This document shows positions 1-10,006 of a DNA stretch of 64,000 bases, piece after piece. The number at the start of each line of letters is the position of its first letter. Within the stretch, counting starts at the first letter, position 1. This DNA is from a virus. The translations under genes and the position numbers were made by a program. The notes beneath the pieces are model-generated. The model was not told where the DNA came from, did not search any database, and worked only from the letters and a program-made list of their open reading frames with translations. Where the stretch lies: the IMG/VR virus record IMGVR_UViG_3300022562_001814, positions 32,001 to 96,000 of that record; one strand, 5' to 3'.

Positions 1-1
1 A

Positions 2-613
2 ATTTCATCTTTAAAACAATTTAAAGATGAATATCTTGATGCGTACAAGGCGATACAGGCAGATGCTATAGCATTATATCAATATAATATGGAACCAAGC
101 GCCTCATCTGATCCATTATCACTAATTAATTCTAATAAAGAATATAAACGTATGCTTCAACAATATTTAGAGCAGGAGGTCGATCTAAAAGTTTTAATGA
201 AAGAGATGATTGTTGCTGTTAGAGCTAGAATTGAGCAGTTGTTTGTTTTAGTTCAACAAAATCCAGCTAATACCAAACCTGATTATGTATTAATACAGTG
301 GTTTCAGACACTTACAAATTTATTAGAAAAACAAGAGACTATTATTAATGGTAGTCCTGATAAAATTATACAACAAAATAATATTAATATACAAATTTTA
401 GATCAACATATTCACGTATTTCATAAAGTAATTCGAGATGTAATTGCTAGATTAGATTATGAGACATCCTTATTATTTGTTGATATTCTTAATGAAGAAT
501 TAAAAAAATTAAAACCAATGTCAGATAGCCCTCTTCCAATTGATGTTAGGCTTGCTGAGGCTCATAAATTAGAAGAAAAGCTTTCTAATCAATTAGATAG
601 TCCATCATCTTAA
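2..613 (+). CDS. Hypothetical helical protein, 5'-truncated by the window edge (possibly small terminase-like)
   Basis: The frame is open from position 2 up to the ATG at 89. The product is coiled-coil-like with a QQNNINIQI segment. Function is a guess. Confidence 0.6.
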   Translation: MSSLKQFKDEYLDAYKAIQADAIALYQYNMEPSASSDPLSLINSNKEYKRMLQQYLEQEVDLKVLMKEMIVAVRARIEQLFVLVQQNPANTKPDYVLIQWFQTLTNLLEKQETIINGSPDKIIQQNNINIQILDQHIHVFHKVIRDVIARLDYETSLLFVDILNEELKKLKPMSDSPLPIDVRLAEAHKLEEKLSNQLDSPSS

Positions 614-660
614 TTGTTTTAATGCAGGCATTATTTTAGTATTTTCTTGAGGTTTACCTA

Positions 661-2247
661 ATGAAACGTGCCTATCCTAATTTTGCTCCTGATAGTGTAT
701 TTACCAAGCCGTCATATAATTTAAATAAATGGCTTGAAGCGATGCGTGAAATTTATTCCCAAGTACATTACGGTAATCTATTTAAAGATGCTTTTGGCAG
801 CGTAACATCTGGATGGGATAAAGTAGAAAAACGAGATTTTTCAAATTGGCTTTCTTATTATCAATCGGGCGACCAAAGTAAATATAAAAAAGCAAATTTT
901 TATGTTAATGATAATATTCCAGGATATTTTTTACCTAATCCAAAACCTGTCGTTCCGCCCGCTATTCCTAATTTAAGCGAACCCACATCTTTGGTTGAAA
1001 ATACTTTACCTACTCAAGTATCTCAAGAACAAAAACGTAAATTAATGGAAGAACAAAGAAAAAAAATTATTGGTAGATTAAATGCAGCCATCAAGCATTT
1101 AACTTCATATGAAGGGCATTTGTTAGCTGGTGGGGAATTTGATAAATTACTAACCAGTATGTATGAATTATTAAGACAAATACAAACTGTTAATAAAATC
1201 AGTCTTTCTAATCAATTATATTATGATCTAATTACACGTCAAGTTAATAAATTAAATAATAATGGATTTAATAAATCCGCACAATTTTTGATTAAATTAG
1301 CTCAAATGCCCGGCGTTCCATTAGAGCCTGGTGTTCCGGGTAAATTAGATTTTCCTCAAGGAGAAATACCAATAGCTTCTCAACAATCTGATGGTGTTGC
1401 TGGCTCATTACCAAATAATATTCCGCCCGCAGCAGTTGTTCCGGCTTCTGATAAATCAGAAGAAAAGGATCCGTTAGATGAATTATTAGATAATTTAGAT
1501 ACTGCCGGGCTAACCGATAGTAATTTAACTGAAGATGAGAGTGAAGATGAGAAAGAGGAAGAGGAAGAAATTGAATTTATTCTTCCTGAAGATGTTGATG
1601 ATCTAGAGATAATTTTAGATGAAGATGATTTATTTGTAGAAGCTCAAATTCAACCACCACATTTAACTAATGAACAAAAATTAGAAGCTGAATTACCTGA
1701 AGTCCCTGAATTAGAACATTCAGAGCCCGCTAAAAATATCGACGCAATCATAGATAACGCATTGTCAAATATAACAATTAAAGATGTAGTTAAAAAAATA
1801 GAAAATGTTAATGCTATATTTCAAAATAGAACAATTGCAAGGGAACTTTCTATTATTGATTTGATGTTATCTACATTAGGTTTATCAAGTTATTTTAATA
1901 ATCTTAGTGAAATTATTCAAAAAAACCACGAAGCTTCAAATTATTCTATCTCACGTTTGTCAGATATATTAATGAAATTACGTGGAGCAATGACAGATGA
2001 TACATTGCCCGAACAAGAACATGAAAATTTAAATCCTGAAATTCAAAAAGTACAAGAAAATTTGGAACGCGCTAAAGAAAAAGAAAATTCTCGCAAAGAA
2101 ATGAGAAAACAATTACAAGAAGAAGCGCTCGATGAAGAAATGAATGACAAAACATCTAAGCCCGAATTACCAACTACAATTCCGCCGCCCGCTACTCAAT
2201 CTCCAAAAGAAGAAATAGCACAAGCCCCAACTCAAATAATACAATAA
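661..2247 (+). CDS. Putative internal head protein (acidic/Pro-rich linkers)
   Basis: 528 aa ORF with GAGG RBS. Carries MKRAY, KYKKAN, IKLAQ and FVEAQ motifs shared with other head-module proteins. Confidence 0.7.
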   Translation: MKRAYPNFAPDSVFTKPSYNLNKWLEAMREIYSQVHYGNLFKDAFGSVTSGWDKVEKRDFSNWLSYYQSGDQSKYKKANFYVNDNIPGYFLPNPKPVVPPAIPNLSEPTSLVENTLPTQVSQEQKRKLMEEQRKKIIGRLNAAIKHLTSYEGHLLAGGEFDKLLTSMYELLRQIQTVNKISLSNQLYYDLITRQVNKLNNNGFNKSAQFLIKLAQMPGVPLEPGVPGKLDFPQGEIPIASQQSDGVAGSLPNNIPPAAVVPASDKSEEKDPLDELLDNLDTAGLTDSNLTEDESEDEKEEEEEIEFILPEDVDDLEIILDEDDLFVEAQIQPPHLTNEQKLEAELPEVPELEHSEPAKNIDAIIDNALSNITIKDVVKKIENVNAIFQNRTIARELSIIDLMLSTLGLSSYFNNLSEIIQKNHEASNYSISRLSDILMKLRGAMTDDTLPEQEHENLNPEIQKVQENLERAKEKENSRKEMRKQLQEEALDEEMNDKTSKPELPTTIPPPATQSPKEEIAQAPTQIIQ

Positions 2248-2251
2248 ATTT

Positions 2252-3025
2252 ATGCCTATTAAAACGCTTTTACAATTACTTTATAAAGTATCAATGGAAA
2301 AAGGCGTTAGTCATCCTTTAATAGTTGGTGGTGTACCTAGAGATAAATTATTAGGTTTATCTAATTCATCTTTTAGTGATATTGATATTACAACTGGCGA
2401 TGAAACTATTTTTTATTTAGCAAAGGAATTTGGTTTTGAATTACGTAAAATCCAACCTGTTACTATAAAACAAGCTTTAGATGGACATGTTTCTCTTTAT
2501 TTAAAAGATATTAAAATAGATTTTTCAAGCCATTTTCTTGTTCCTGATATTGTAAATATATTAAAAAATCAGGGCATTAGAAATCCTTCCAATATGTTAC
2601 AAGAATTATATAGTAGAGATTTTTTTTGTAATACATTATTAATGTCTTTAGATTTTAAAAAAATAAAAGATTTAACAGGAGAAGCTGTCAAAGATTTGAA
2701 AAATAAAACTATTAGAACTTGTTTAGCTCCAGAATTGACCTTTAAACATAATACCAATAGAATTGTTAGAGTTTTATATTTATCCGCTAAATTAGATTTC
2801 AATGTTGATAATTCTATCATTGAATGGATTAAAAATAATCAAAATTTTATGTTACAGTCTAAAACATCATATCTAATAAAAAATTTAGATAAAGCAATGA
2901 CTATAGATTCTGATAGAACTTTATATTTAATAAATAAAATGGATTTATGGAAATATATTCCAATAACAGATAAATTATTACCATATTATAATAAAAGACA
3001 CAGGTTTAATAATGTTAGAAAATAA
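2252..3025 (+). CDS. Class II nucleotidyltransferase (tRNA CCA-adding / poly(A) polymerase family), divergent
   Basis: VGGVPRD..DIDITT (motif A) and SRDFFCN (RRDFTIN-like motif B) are present. The EDxxR position reads HNTNR. Confidence 0.85.
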   Translation: MPIKTLLQLLYKVSMEKGVSHPLIVGGVPRDKLLGLSNSSFSDIDITTGDETIFYLAKEFGFELRKIQPVTIKQALDGHVSLYLKDIKIDFSSHFLVPDIVNILKNQGIRNPSNMLQELYSRDFFCNTLLMSLDFKKIKDLTGEAVKDLKNKTIRTCLAPELTFKHNTNRIVRVLYLSAKLDFNVDNSIIEWIKNNQNFMLQSKTSYLIKNLDKAMTIDSDRTLYLINKMDLWKYIPITDKLLPYYNKRHRFNNVRK

Positions 3026-3194
3026 ATTATCTCAATGGAGAACTAATTATGATTATCCTTATGAGGGTTTATATACTAATTTAAATAAATATAAATCTGT
3101 AATAGAGTTTAGAAAAAAGAGAAGATTAAAAAGAAAAAAAGATATACAAAATATACTTAATAGTCGACCAGATAGATATAAATCAGAAAAATGA
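3012..3194 (+). CDS. Small basic hypothetical protein
   Basis: 60 aa, overlaps both neighbours, preceded by AGG. Contains KLSQ and NYDYP motifs. Confidence 0.6.
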   Translation: MLENKLSQWRTNYDYPYEGLYTNLNKYKSVIEFRKKRRLKRKKDIQNILNSRPDRYKSEK

Positions 3195-3682
3195 AAAAAA
3201 TTAGAAAACTTGCAATTATTAGAGATAATGAAAATAGTCCGTGTCCTTTTGGGTTACCAATTACGGTTGCATGCCATTCTGTAGGTAATGCGGTAGATAA
3301 AATGCAAGTTTTAAATTTTGATGCACCTGATTCTCAAATAAAATTAGAAAATCAAAAAATTTGGCAAGATAATATTGAGAATAAAAAATGTAAATATGCC
3401 GCCCATTTATTTAAAAATAAAACAAAAGTTGTAGATTGTGATTTTGGTGATACGGCAGCTGGGTTATCACAAGATGGTGTTTTTACGGCTCTACCATATT
3501 ACAATGATTTATTTGAAGGATTAGGAATGAGTGGTTTATTAACTTATCCTCCAGCCGGAGATGGTGATATGCCTCAAATTCGTAATTTATATTATGGAAT
3601 GCAAGGTTGGGCACATAAAAGGCATTTTAAATCGATTTTAAGACAGGGATTATTAAAAGCCCTACATTCTATTAAAAGCTAA
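3191..3682 (+). CDS. Hypothetical protein with Cys motifs
   Basis: 163 aa ORF coupled to the upstream gene, with CPFGL..C..C..C. Confidence 0.7.
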   Translation: MKKIRKLAIIRDNENSPCPFGLPITVACHSVGNAVDKMQVLNFDAPDSQIKLENQKIWQDNIENKKCKYAAHLFKNKTKVVDCDFGDTAAGLSQDGVFTALPYYNDLFEGLGMSGLLTYPPAGDGDMPQIRNLYYGMQGWAHKRHFKSILRQGLLKALHSIKS

Positions 3683-3728
3683 TAATCTTGTATATCCTTG
3701 AATTATTCTATTAATTTAGAGGTTTTTA

Positions 3729-4574
3729 ATGCCCATGTACAAGATTGCACAATTTAATAATGCAGATGATTTAACCGTTGATCTACCGGAAAATGATGAC
3801 GAACAAGTCGTTTTTTATACGGATTTGCCAACAACTGAAGAAGTTGTGGAAATGCATGAACCAATTGAAAAAGAAGTGTCATTTGCCTTACCATTTTTGC
3901 CAGGCGCTGAAGATTTACCAGAAATTTCTGGAGAAGATTTAGAAGTTTCTGAAGATGAAGATTCTGATAAAGACAAAGATAAAGAAAAAAATGAAGTTAG
4001 TCCAAAAGAATTTGTTAATTGGATGCAAAGCTATTTGGAAAAAATTCCCAAACATAAAGGTGAAACTGTTGGTTTAGAACGTGCATTATCCTACCTAAAA
4101 CGTGGCATGGGAATGTTATCTAAAATTTTACAACAAGATTTTGATGGAGAAATAGACATTTCAAAAGCAGAAGATGCTAGAATTGAAATGGAAAATGGAA
4201 TTGATAGATTGGAAAAAGAATTACATAAACGCAGAAAAAAAGCATCTGTGGAAGATAATTCTCTTACTAAAGAAGCACAAAAACTTCCAGCAGTTGGTGG
4301 AATAATAGTCACCGTTCCTATTCTTATTTCTCGTATTGCAAGAGTATGTATTAATGGTACTATTTATGGCGGTAAATCTATTGAAGATTTATTTCATCGC
4401 CAAGCAGAAAAATATAAATTAACAGATCGTGAAAAAGTTGAAGTGATTCAATTAATTACTGACATGGGGTATCCGGTATCACAATTAGATCGTGGATTCT
4501 TAGTTGATGATAAAGAAGAATACAAACGACCATCCACAAACAACTATGATTACCCGGCTAATTATAGTTCATAA
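3729..4574 (+). CDS. Putative internal head protein
   Basis: GAGG RBS. Contains MYKIAQ, RKKAS and LTKEAQ motifs and an acidic N-terminal region. Confidence 0.7.
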   Translation: MPMYKIAQFNNADDLTVDLPENDDEQVVFYTDLPTTEEVVEMHEPIEKEVSFALPFLPGAEDLPEISGEDLEVSEDEDSDKDKDKEKNEVSPKEFVNWMQSYLEKIPKHKGETVGLERALSYLKRGMGMLSKILQQDFDGEIDISKAEDARIEMENGIDRLEKELHKRRKKASVEDNSLTKEAQKLPAVGGIIVTVPILISRIARVCINGTIYGGKSIEDLFHRQAEKYKLTDREKVEVIQLITDMGYPVSQLDRGFLVDDKEEYKRPSTNNYDYPANYSS

Positions 4575-4582
4575 GGATTTTT

Positions 4583-5146
4583 ATGTCAAATAAATATAAT
4601 TCACGATATTTGCCAGTAGTATCACGAGACGAATCATTTACTGAGCAAACGTCTTCGTCTCCTTGGTGTGATGAATTTTTGAAAAATTATAATCAAAGCT
4701 CAACGTCAAATTCTATTTATGATGAAATATCTGCTATACTTAATAATAGTAAATCTAAATTTTCTAGTGTTGAAGAAGCGGTAAAAGATTTAAAAGAACG
4801 AACCGGGTTAGATATTTATTTAGAGTCATTTGCTTCAATAAAAGAACCAGAAATATTTAAAAAAATTCCAGAAATGAGAATATTTATTGAAAATTATATT
4901 GAAGATCATCCGGGAACCTCCATTGAATCAGTAGTTTATGAAATTCTAAATAAAGATCATTTTAAAGAACAATTACCGGATAATTCCGATGTTGAAAATG
5001 AAGTAAAGCAATTTATTAATAATAAATTATCTGATGTTTATGTAACTTTGCCAGATAATATAAATATGCATGTTGGAAAAGTTGATCAATCAAGCGAAAA
5101 TGAAGTTGATGATCCTTTAAAAATATGTGAACCCAATAAAGTTTAA
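4583..5146 (+). CDS. Hypothetical protein
   Basis: 187 aa ORF with AAGGA RBS. Confidence 0.7.
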   Translation: MSNKYNSRYLPVVSRDESFTEQTSSSPWCDEFLKNYNQSSTSNSIYDEISAILNNSKSKFSSVEEAVKDLKERTGLDIYLESFASIKEPEIFKKIPEMRIFIENYIEDHPGTSIESVVYEILNKDHFKEQLPDNSDVENEVKQFINNKLSDVYVTLPDNINMHVGKVDQSSENEVDDPLKICEPNKV

Positions 5147-5181
5147 TATTACATATCATATGTGATATAGATATTAATGTT

Positions 5182-7023
5182 ATGCCAGATGACACGTTTG
5201 ATAAAATTAAAAATTCTATATTAAATTTAGATCCTGTTGTCTGGGCACAAAATAATTTAACTTTAGATGGCAAACCTTTTAGATTAGTTGAAACTGGGTA
5301 TAAACCAATTGTTGATATATTACGTTATATTTGCGTTAAGGGATTAGATAGAAATTCTAAACCTGTTATTTGGGTAAAAGGACGTCAGGTAGCAGGAACA
5401 ACAACAGCTGGTGTAAGCTCTTTATATATGTTAGCTTCAGAGATATTCGGTAACGAATATAGTCCGCCTATTAGAGTTGTACATTTGTGGCCAACGCTAG
5501 ATCGAGCAGCTGCTTATTCTAAAACAAAATTAGCTGCTATGATAGACAATTCTGTTATGGTGGACGATCCTTCTGGAAAAAAAGGTAAAAAACCGTTAGT
5601 TAGATCTTTATTAGATACATCTTCTCCCACCAATGATAATATACAATTTAAACAATTTAAAGGTGGTAATCATATTTGGATTGAATCTGCCGGATTAGAT
5701 GGTTCTAGATTACGCGGTAAGACAGCAGATGTATTATTGATTGATGAGTGCCAGGAAATTCCTGGAACAGCCATAGCCAATGCAACAAAAATTTTAACTA
5801 AAGCACAATACGGTGTTTTAGGTGAAGGTATGCAAATGTATTTTGGTACACCTTTACAACGTGGTTCTGAATTTTGGAATCTTTGGCAAAAGTCCTCACA
5901 ACAATATTATCATCTTGGTTGTGAAAAATGTGCAAAATATTTTCCACTCTATACTCCAGGATCTGATGAATGGGAATCCATTTGGTTATATGAAAATATA
6001 GTTAAATGTACACATTGCGGTTGCGAACAAGATAGAATGGAAGGAGTTAATAGAGGCAAATGGATTCCAATTAAAGATCCAGAAGATGCTAAATTTATTG
6101 GATTTCATTTAAATCAACTTTATTTACCAGAATTTACTAAAGAAAAAATTTTAGATCAAAAGCCAGGTAATTCGGCAATTAATACTGAAAGAACTTATCA
6201 AAATGAAGTTCTAGGTGAATTTTTTCAAGGAGAAGCCGGTATTATTACTCCAGAGGAAATCAGAAATATATGTGGAGATCCTAAAAGAAAATTTAGAGGT
6301 ACAGTTGGTCCTAACGAAGAGATTATAACCTTTTTAGGTATAGATATTGGTGCTAAAGCCGATTTAGAACAATTGGTTAATTCAGATAAAGTAAAAAGAC
6401 AAGGACAAAGTTATAGTACTGCTGTAGTATTATCTTTAACTGGTCCTGGCAGACTTTCAATTGAGTATGCTTTTAAATTTAAAAGAAATGATTTAGCTAG
6501 TAAAAAAAGTGTATTAGATGAAACAATAAAAAGATACAGATGTAAATTAGCAATATGTGATATTGGTTATGCCCATGATTTTAATGAAATTATGCAAACC
6601 GAATATGGCGATATGTTCATTGCTTCACAGGCTTCAGGTAAAGTAAATAATAAAGTAAAATATAATGGTGATATTTTTCCAAAAGTTGTTTCTTTCGAAA
6701 GAGATTTTTGGATAATGGAACTTTATGAGCAAATGAAAAAAGGATTAATAAGATTTCCTTTAGGCAGTTATGAACAAATTGCTTGGTTAATACAACATTG
6801 TTCAAATATGGAAATTAAGCCAAGTGTTTCTAGAAGCGGTGATGTAAGTCCACACTACATAAAATCGGATGTAAATGATGGATTTATGGCATTATTAAAT
6901 GCCTATATTGCTTATAAATTTTATATTTCTAAAGGATTTCAAATAATTAATCCATTGTTACAAGATGTTTCGGCGAAAGCTAAAAATAAACCATCTGTAA
7001 TAGCGGTATATTCTGATAGGTAA
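5182..7023 (+). CDS. terL: Terminase large subunit (lambda GpA-like)
   Basis: Walker A-like KGRQVAGTT, Walker B VLLIDECQE, GTP coupling motif, CxxC...CxxC zinc knuckle and RNase H-like GIDIG. Lies immediately upstream of the portal. Confidence 0.92.
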   Translation: MPDDTFDKIKNSILNLDPVVWAQNNLTLDGKPFRLVETGYKPIVDILRYICVKGLDRNSKPVIWVKGRQVAGTTTAGVSSLYMLASEIFGNEYSPPIRVVHLWPTLDRAAAYSKTKLAAMIDNSVMVDDPSGKKGKKPLVRSLLDTSSPTNDNIQFKQFKGGNHIWIESAGLDGSRLRGKTADVLLIDECQEIPGTAIANATKILTKAQYGVLGEGMQMYFGTPLQRGSEFWNLWQKSSQQYYHLGCEKCAKYFPLYTPGSDEWESIWLYENIVKCTHCGCEQDRMEGVNRGKWIPIKDPEDAKFIGFHLNQLYLPEFTKEKILDQKPGNSAINTERTYQNEVLGEFFQGEAGIITPEEIRNICGDPKRKFRGTVGPNEEIITFLGIDIGAKADLEQLVNSDKVKRQGQSYSTAVVLSLTGPGRLSIEYAFKFKRNDLASKKSVLDETIKRYRCKLAICDIGYAHDFNEIMQTEYGDMFIASQASGKVNNKVKYNGDIFPKVVSFERDFWIMELYEQMKKGLIRFPLGSYEQIAWLIQHCSNMEIKPSVSRSGDVSPHYIKSDVNDGFMALLNAYIAYKFYISKGFQIINPLLQDVSAKAKNKPSVIAVYSDR

Positions 7024-7027
7024 ACAA

Positions 7028-9946
7028 ATGACAGAAGAACAAAATAAATTTATTCCACCAGTTACTCCAACTATGTATAAAGCCGTCTCTGAATATCGTC
7101 GAGCTGAATTAGAAGGAGAGGTTAATAGGGGTTTATTTAGAGACGGTTCAACTAGAACTAAAGAATCTAATTTATCTCCAGCATCATATGCTGTACCCGG
7201 CGCTGTCAAATATGCTCAAAGTTATGAAGCTTCAGCTGCTAATTCATTTAAAGGTGGGGTAGGTAATACAACTCAACAAATACCTGAAGTATATTCCCCT
7301 TTATGGTTAACTAGTAATTTAAATTTACCTCGTGACCGGGCAACAATGAATGCTTGGTGCCGTAGTTTTTATGCTTTAAATCCTATTGTACAAAATGCTA
7401 TTAATTTACACAGTACATATCCAATTAGTAAATTAAACATTAAATGTCCTAACAAAAAAGTAGAGAATTTATTTAATGAACAAATAGAAGAATTAGGATT
7501 AATGAATATATGTTCACAAGCAGCTCAAGAATATTGGCTATTGGGTGAAGCGGTTGTTTACGGAGAATTAGATGAAAGAAATGCCAAATGGTCAAGATTA
7601 CTTATTCAAAACCCTGATTATATAGTTATTAAAAGATCAGTTATAGCTAATGAGCCTATAATTATGTTAAGACCTGATGAAAATTTAAGACGTATTTGTA
7701 TGTCAAATTTGCCGTCAGATATTGAACAACGTAAACAACTTAATGAAACTATTATTGAATACGTAAGAAGAGGGCAAAATATTCCTTTAGATAATTTGTA
7801 TGTTTCTCATTTGGCTAGAAAAATTAGCCCCTATGAAGTAAGAGGTACTGGTCTTCCGGTAAGTGTTTTTCGTTCATTAATGTTGTTCGACTTAATTAAA
7901 GAATGCAAATTCGCTCAGGCCCAAGATATGATTAATCCTATGCGTATTATTAAAATTGGTGGCGGTACGGCTGATTATCGAGCTAATCCTGTCGATTTAG
8001 ATGCTTGGAGAGAGGTTTGGGCCTGTCACGACGAAGATACTGAGGTTCTTACTAATAATGGTTTTAAAAAAATTACAGAAATAACTTCATTTGAAGAAGA
8101 CAATAATTTAATATCTAATATTAAATGTAATGATAATATAAAGATAGCTTGTTTTAATCCTAATAACGAGAGATTAGAATATTATAAACCACTAGAAACT
8201 CATATTTATAATTATAGTGGTGAAATGTATCACTTCCATAATAAAAAAGTTGATGTAAAGGTTACACCAAATCACGATATGTGGGTTTCAACAAAAGAGG
8301 TTTATTATCACGGCTCATCTGAGTCGAGAGAAGAAAAGTGGAGCGAATGGAGAAAAGTAAAGGCAGAAGATATAAAACTATCTTATGGGAACAAATTTAG
8401 ATCAACGGTTAATTGGGTGGGTGAAGAGCCGAGTGAAGTTGATATTATTGGAAATAAAGTGCCAATTGAATTATATTTAAAATATCTTGGATATCTTATT
8501 AGCGAAGGCTCGTTAGTTAAATATGGTAAATATAAATTTACTACCCAATATTGTCAAACTCATTCTAAATATTATGAGGAAATGAGAGATACAGCCAATG
8601 AAATGGCTTTATTTTTAAATAAATATTGTTATGAATACAAAGATTATAGGTCTACTTATACAAATAATTGTAAAGATATTAGTTCATTTATATTTAATGG
8701 TAAAGATATATTTGATCATTTTAAATCTGAAATATCAACTGATGGAAATTCCACATCTTTATTTAAAAAGTTGCCAAAATGGGTATTAACCTTGTCCCCA
8801 AGATTATTAAAAATATTGTTAAATGCAGCTTGTCAAGGCGATGGTTCATTTAAATTAAATAAAAACAATACTGTTGGATATGAGTATTATACCACTTCTA
8901 AAGAATTGTCAGATAATATATATGAGATAGCATTTAAAGCCGGCTATGCCCCAGTGTTATCAACTAGCCAAGATAAAAGAGATAATAGAAATCTTATTTA
9001 TAGGATTAGATGGTCAGAAAATATAAGTGGTAAATATCCGTATATTTATAAATATTCAACGAATTCAAATACAAAAGAAAAGAAAGATACCTTTAATAAA
9101 GAAATTTATAACGGTAAAGTATGGTGTTTTACAGTTCCTACCGGATTATTTATTACACGGAGAAATGGTAAAATAACAATTCAAGGTAATAGCGCGACAG
9201 CTGATAAAAATTTCAAAATTTTTACTCACGACGCTGTCAACGTTGAAACTGTTGGCGCCGGGCAAGGCATTTACGATACTAGTAATGATTTTACTCAATT
9301 ACTTAAAGAAATGTATGCTGGATTGATGGTTCCACAAATTATTATTGAAGGCGGTGGAGATATTACATATGCTAATGCTGGAGTATCATTAGATGTATTA
9401 CGTCAACGTTATATGCAATTTAGAAATATGATGGCAGCTTGGTTGCGTAAGAAAATTTTTCAACCTATTGCTAAATTAAATGAATTCTACGATTATGTAG
9501 ATGGAGAGAAGGTTCTTATTATTCCGGAAGTTGATTGGAATCATATGAGTCTTTTTGATCTTGAATCATATGTGCAAACCTTACGTGATTTAACAACTGG
9601 AGAACAAGGTGGTAAGCGAGTTTCTGTACATACATTATATCGTTCTTTAGGTCTTGAATGGGAAGAAGAACGTCGTAAAATTCGTAAAGAAGATATCGCT
9701 GAAGCAATTAGAAAAAAAGAGCAGGCTTCTTTGGATAAAATGACACTTAATGAATTAAGAACTTTAAATGAAGAAGATGAAATTCCGGAAATTTTAGAAA
9801 CCCCATTACCTGGCGAAAGTCCTTACGATACTGGTTCGTCAGGTGCCGAAGGCGGTCCTGGTGGTCCTGGCGGGTTGCCGGGCTTGGAGCCCGGAGCTGC
9901 TCCTCCAGAAATGCCAGCTCCACCTATACCTCCTCCAACTCCTTAA
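7028..9946 (+). CDS. Portal protein containing an intein
   Basis: Directly after TerL. Portal-like segments include NPIVQNAINLH, YWLLGEAV, RGTGLP and MVPQIIIEG, plus a Pro/Gly-rich tail. Intein spans residues 333-721. Confidence 0.85.
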   Translation: MTEEQNKFIPPVTPTMYKAVSEYRRAELEGEVNRGLFRDGSTRTKESNLSPASYAVPGAVKYAQSYEASAANSFKGGVGNTTQQIPEVYSPLWLTSNLNLPRDRATMNAWCRSFYALNPIVQNAINLHSTYPISKLNIKCPNKKVENLFNEQIEELGLMNICSQAAQEYWLLGEAVVYGELDERNAKWSRLLIQNPDYIVIKRSVIANEPIIMLRPDENLRRICMSNLPSDIEQRKQLNETIIEYVRRGQNIPLDNLYVSHLARKISPYEVRGTGLPVSVFRSLMLFDLIKECKFAQAQDMINPMRIIKIGGGTADYRANPVDLDAWREVWACHDEDTEVLTNNGFKKITEITSFEEDNNLISNIKCNDNIKIACFNPNNERLEYYKPLETHIYNYSGEMYHFHNKKVDVKVTPNHDMWVSTKEVYYHGSSESREEKWSEWRKVKAEDIKLSYGNKFRSTVNWVGEEPSEVDIIGNKVPIELYLKYLGYLISEGSLVKYGKYKFTTQYCQTHSKYYEEMRDTANEMALFLNKYCYEYKDYRSTYTNNCKDISSFIFNGKDIFDHFKSEISTDGNSTSLFKKLPKWVLTLSPRLLKILLNAACQGDGSFKLNKNNTVGYEYYTTSKELSDNIYEIAFKAGYAPVLSTSQDKRDNRNLIYRIRWSENISGKYPYIYKYSTNSNTKEKKDTFNKEIYNGKVWCFTVPTGLFITRRNGKITIQGNSATADKNFKIFTHDAVNVETVGAGQGIYDTSNDFTQLLKEMYAGLMVPQIIIEGGGDITYANAGVSLDVLRQRYMQFRNMMAAWLRKKIFQPIAKLNEFYDYVDGEKVLIIPEVDWNHMSLFDLESYVQTLRDLTTGEQGGKRVSVHTLYRSLGLEWEEERRKIRKEDIAEAIRKKEQASLDKMTLNELRTLNEEDEIPEILETPLPGESPYDTGSSGAEGGPGGPGGLPGLEPGAAPPEMPAPPIPPPTP
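8024..9190 (+). mobile_element. Intein with LAGLIDADG homing endonuclease (389 aa)
   Basis: N-terminal CHDEDTEVLT, block B VTPNHDM, LAGLIDADG-like YLGYLISEGS and LNAACQGDGS, C-terminal VWCFTVPTGLFITRRNGKITIQGN followed by +1 Ser. Confidence 0.93.
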
Positions 9947-10006
9947 TTAAATATACATCGAACTCAATAATTTTGTATTCTTCTGAATTATAAGTTCGAG
10001 GTATAA

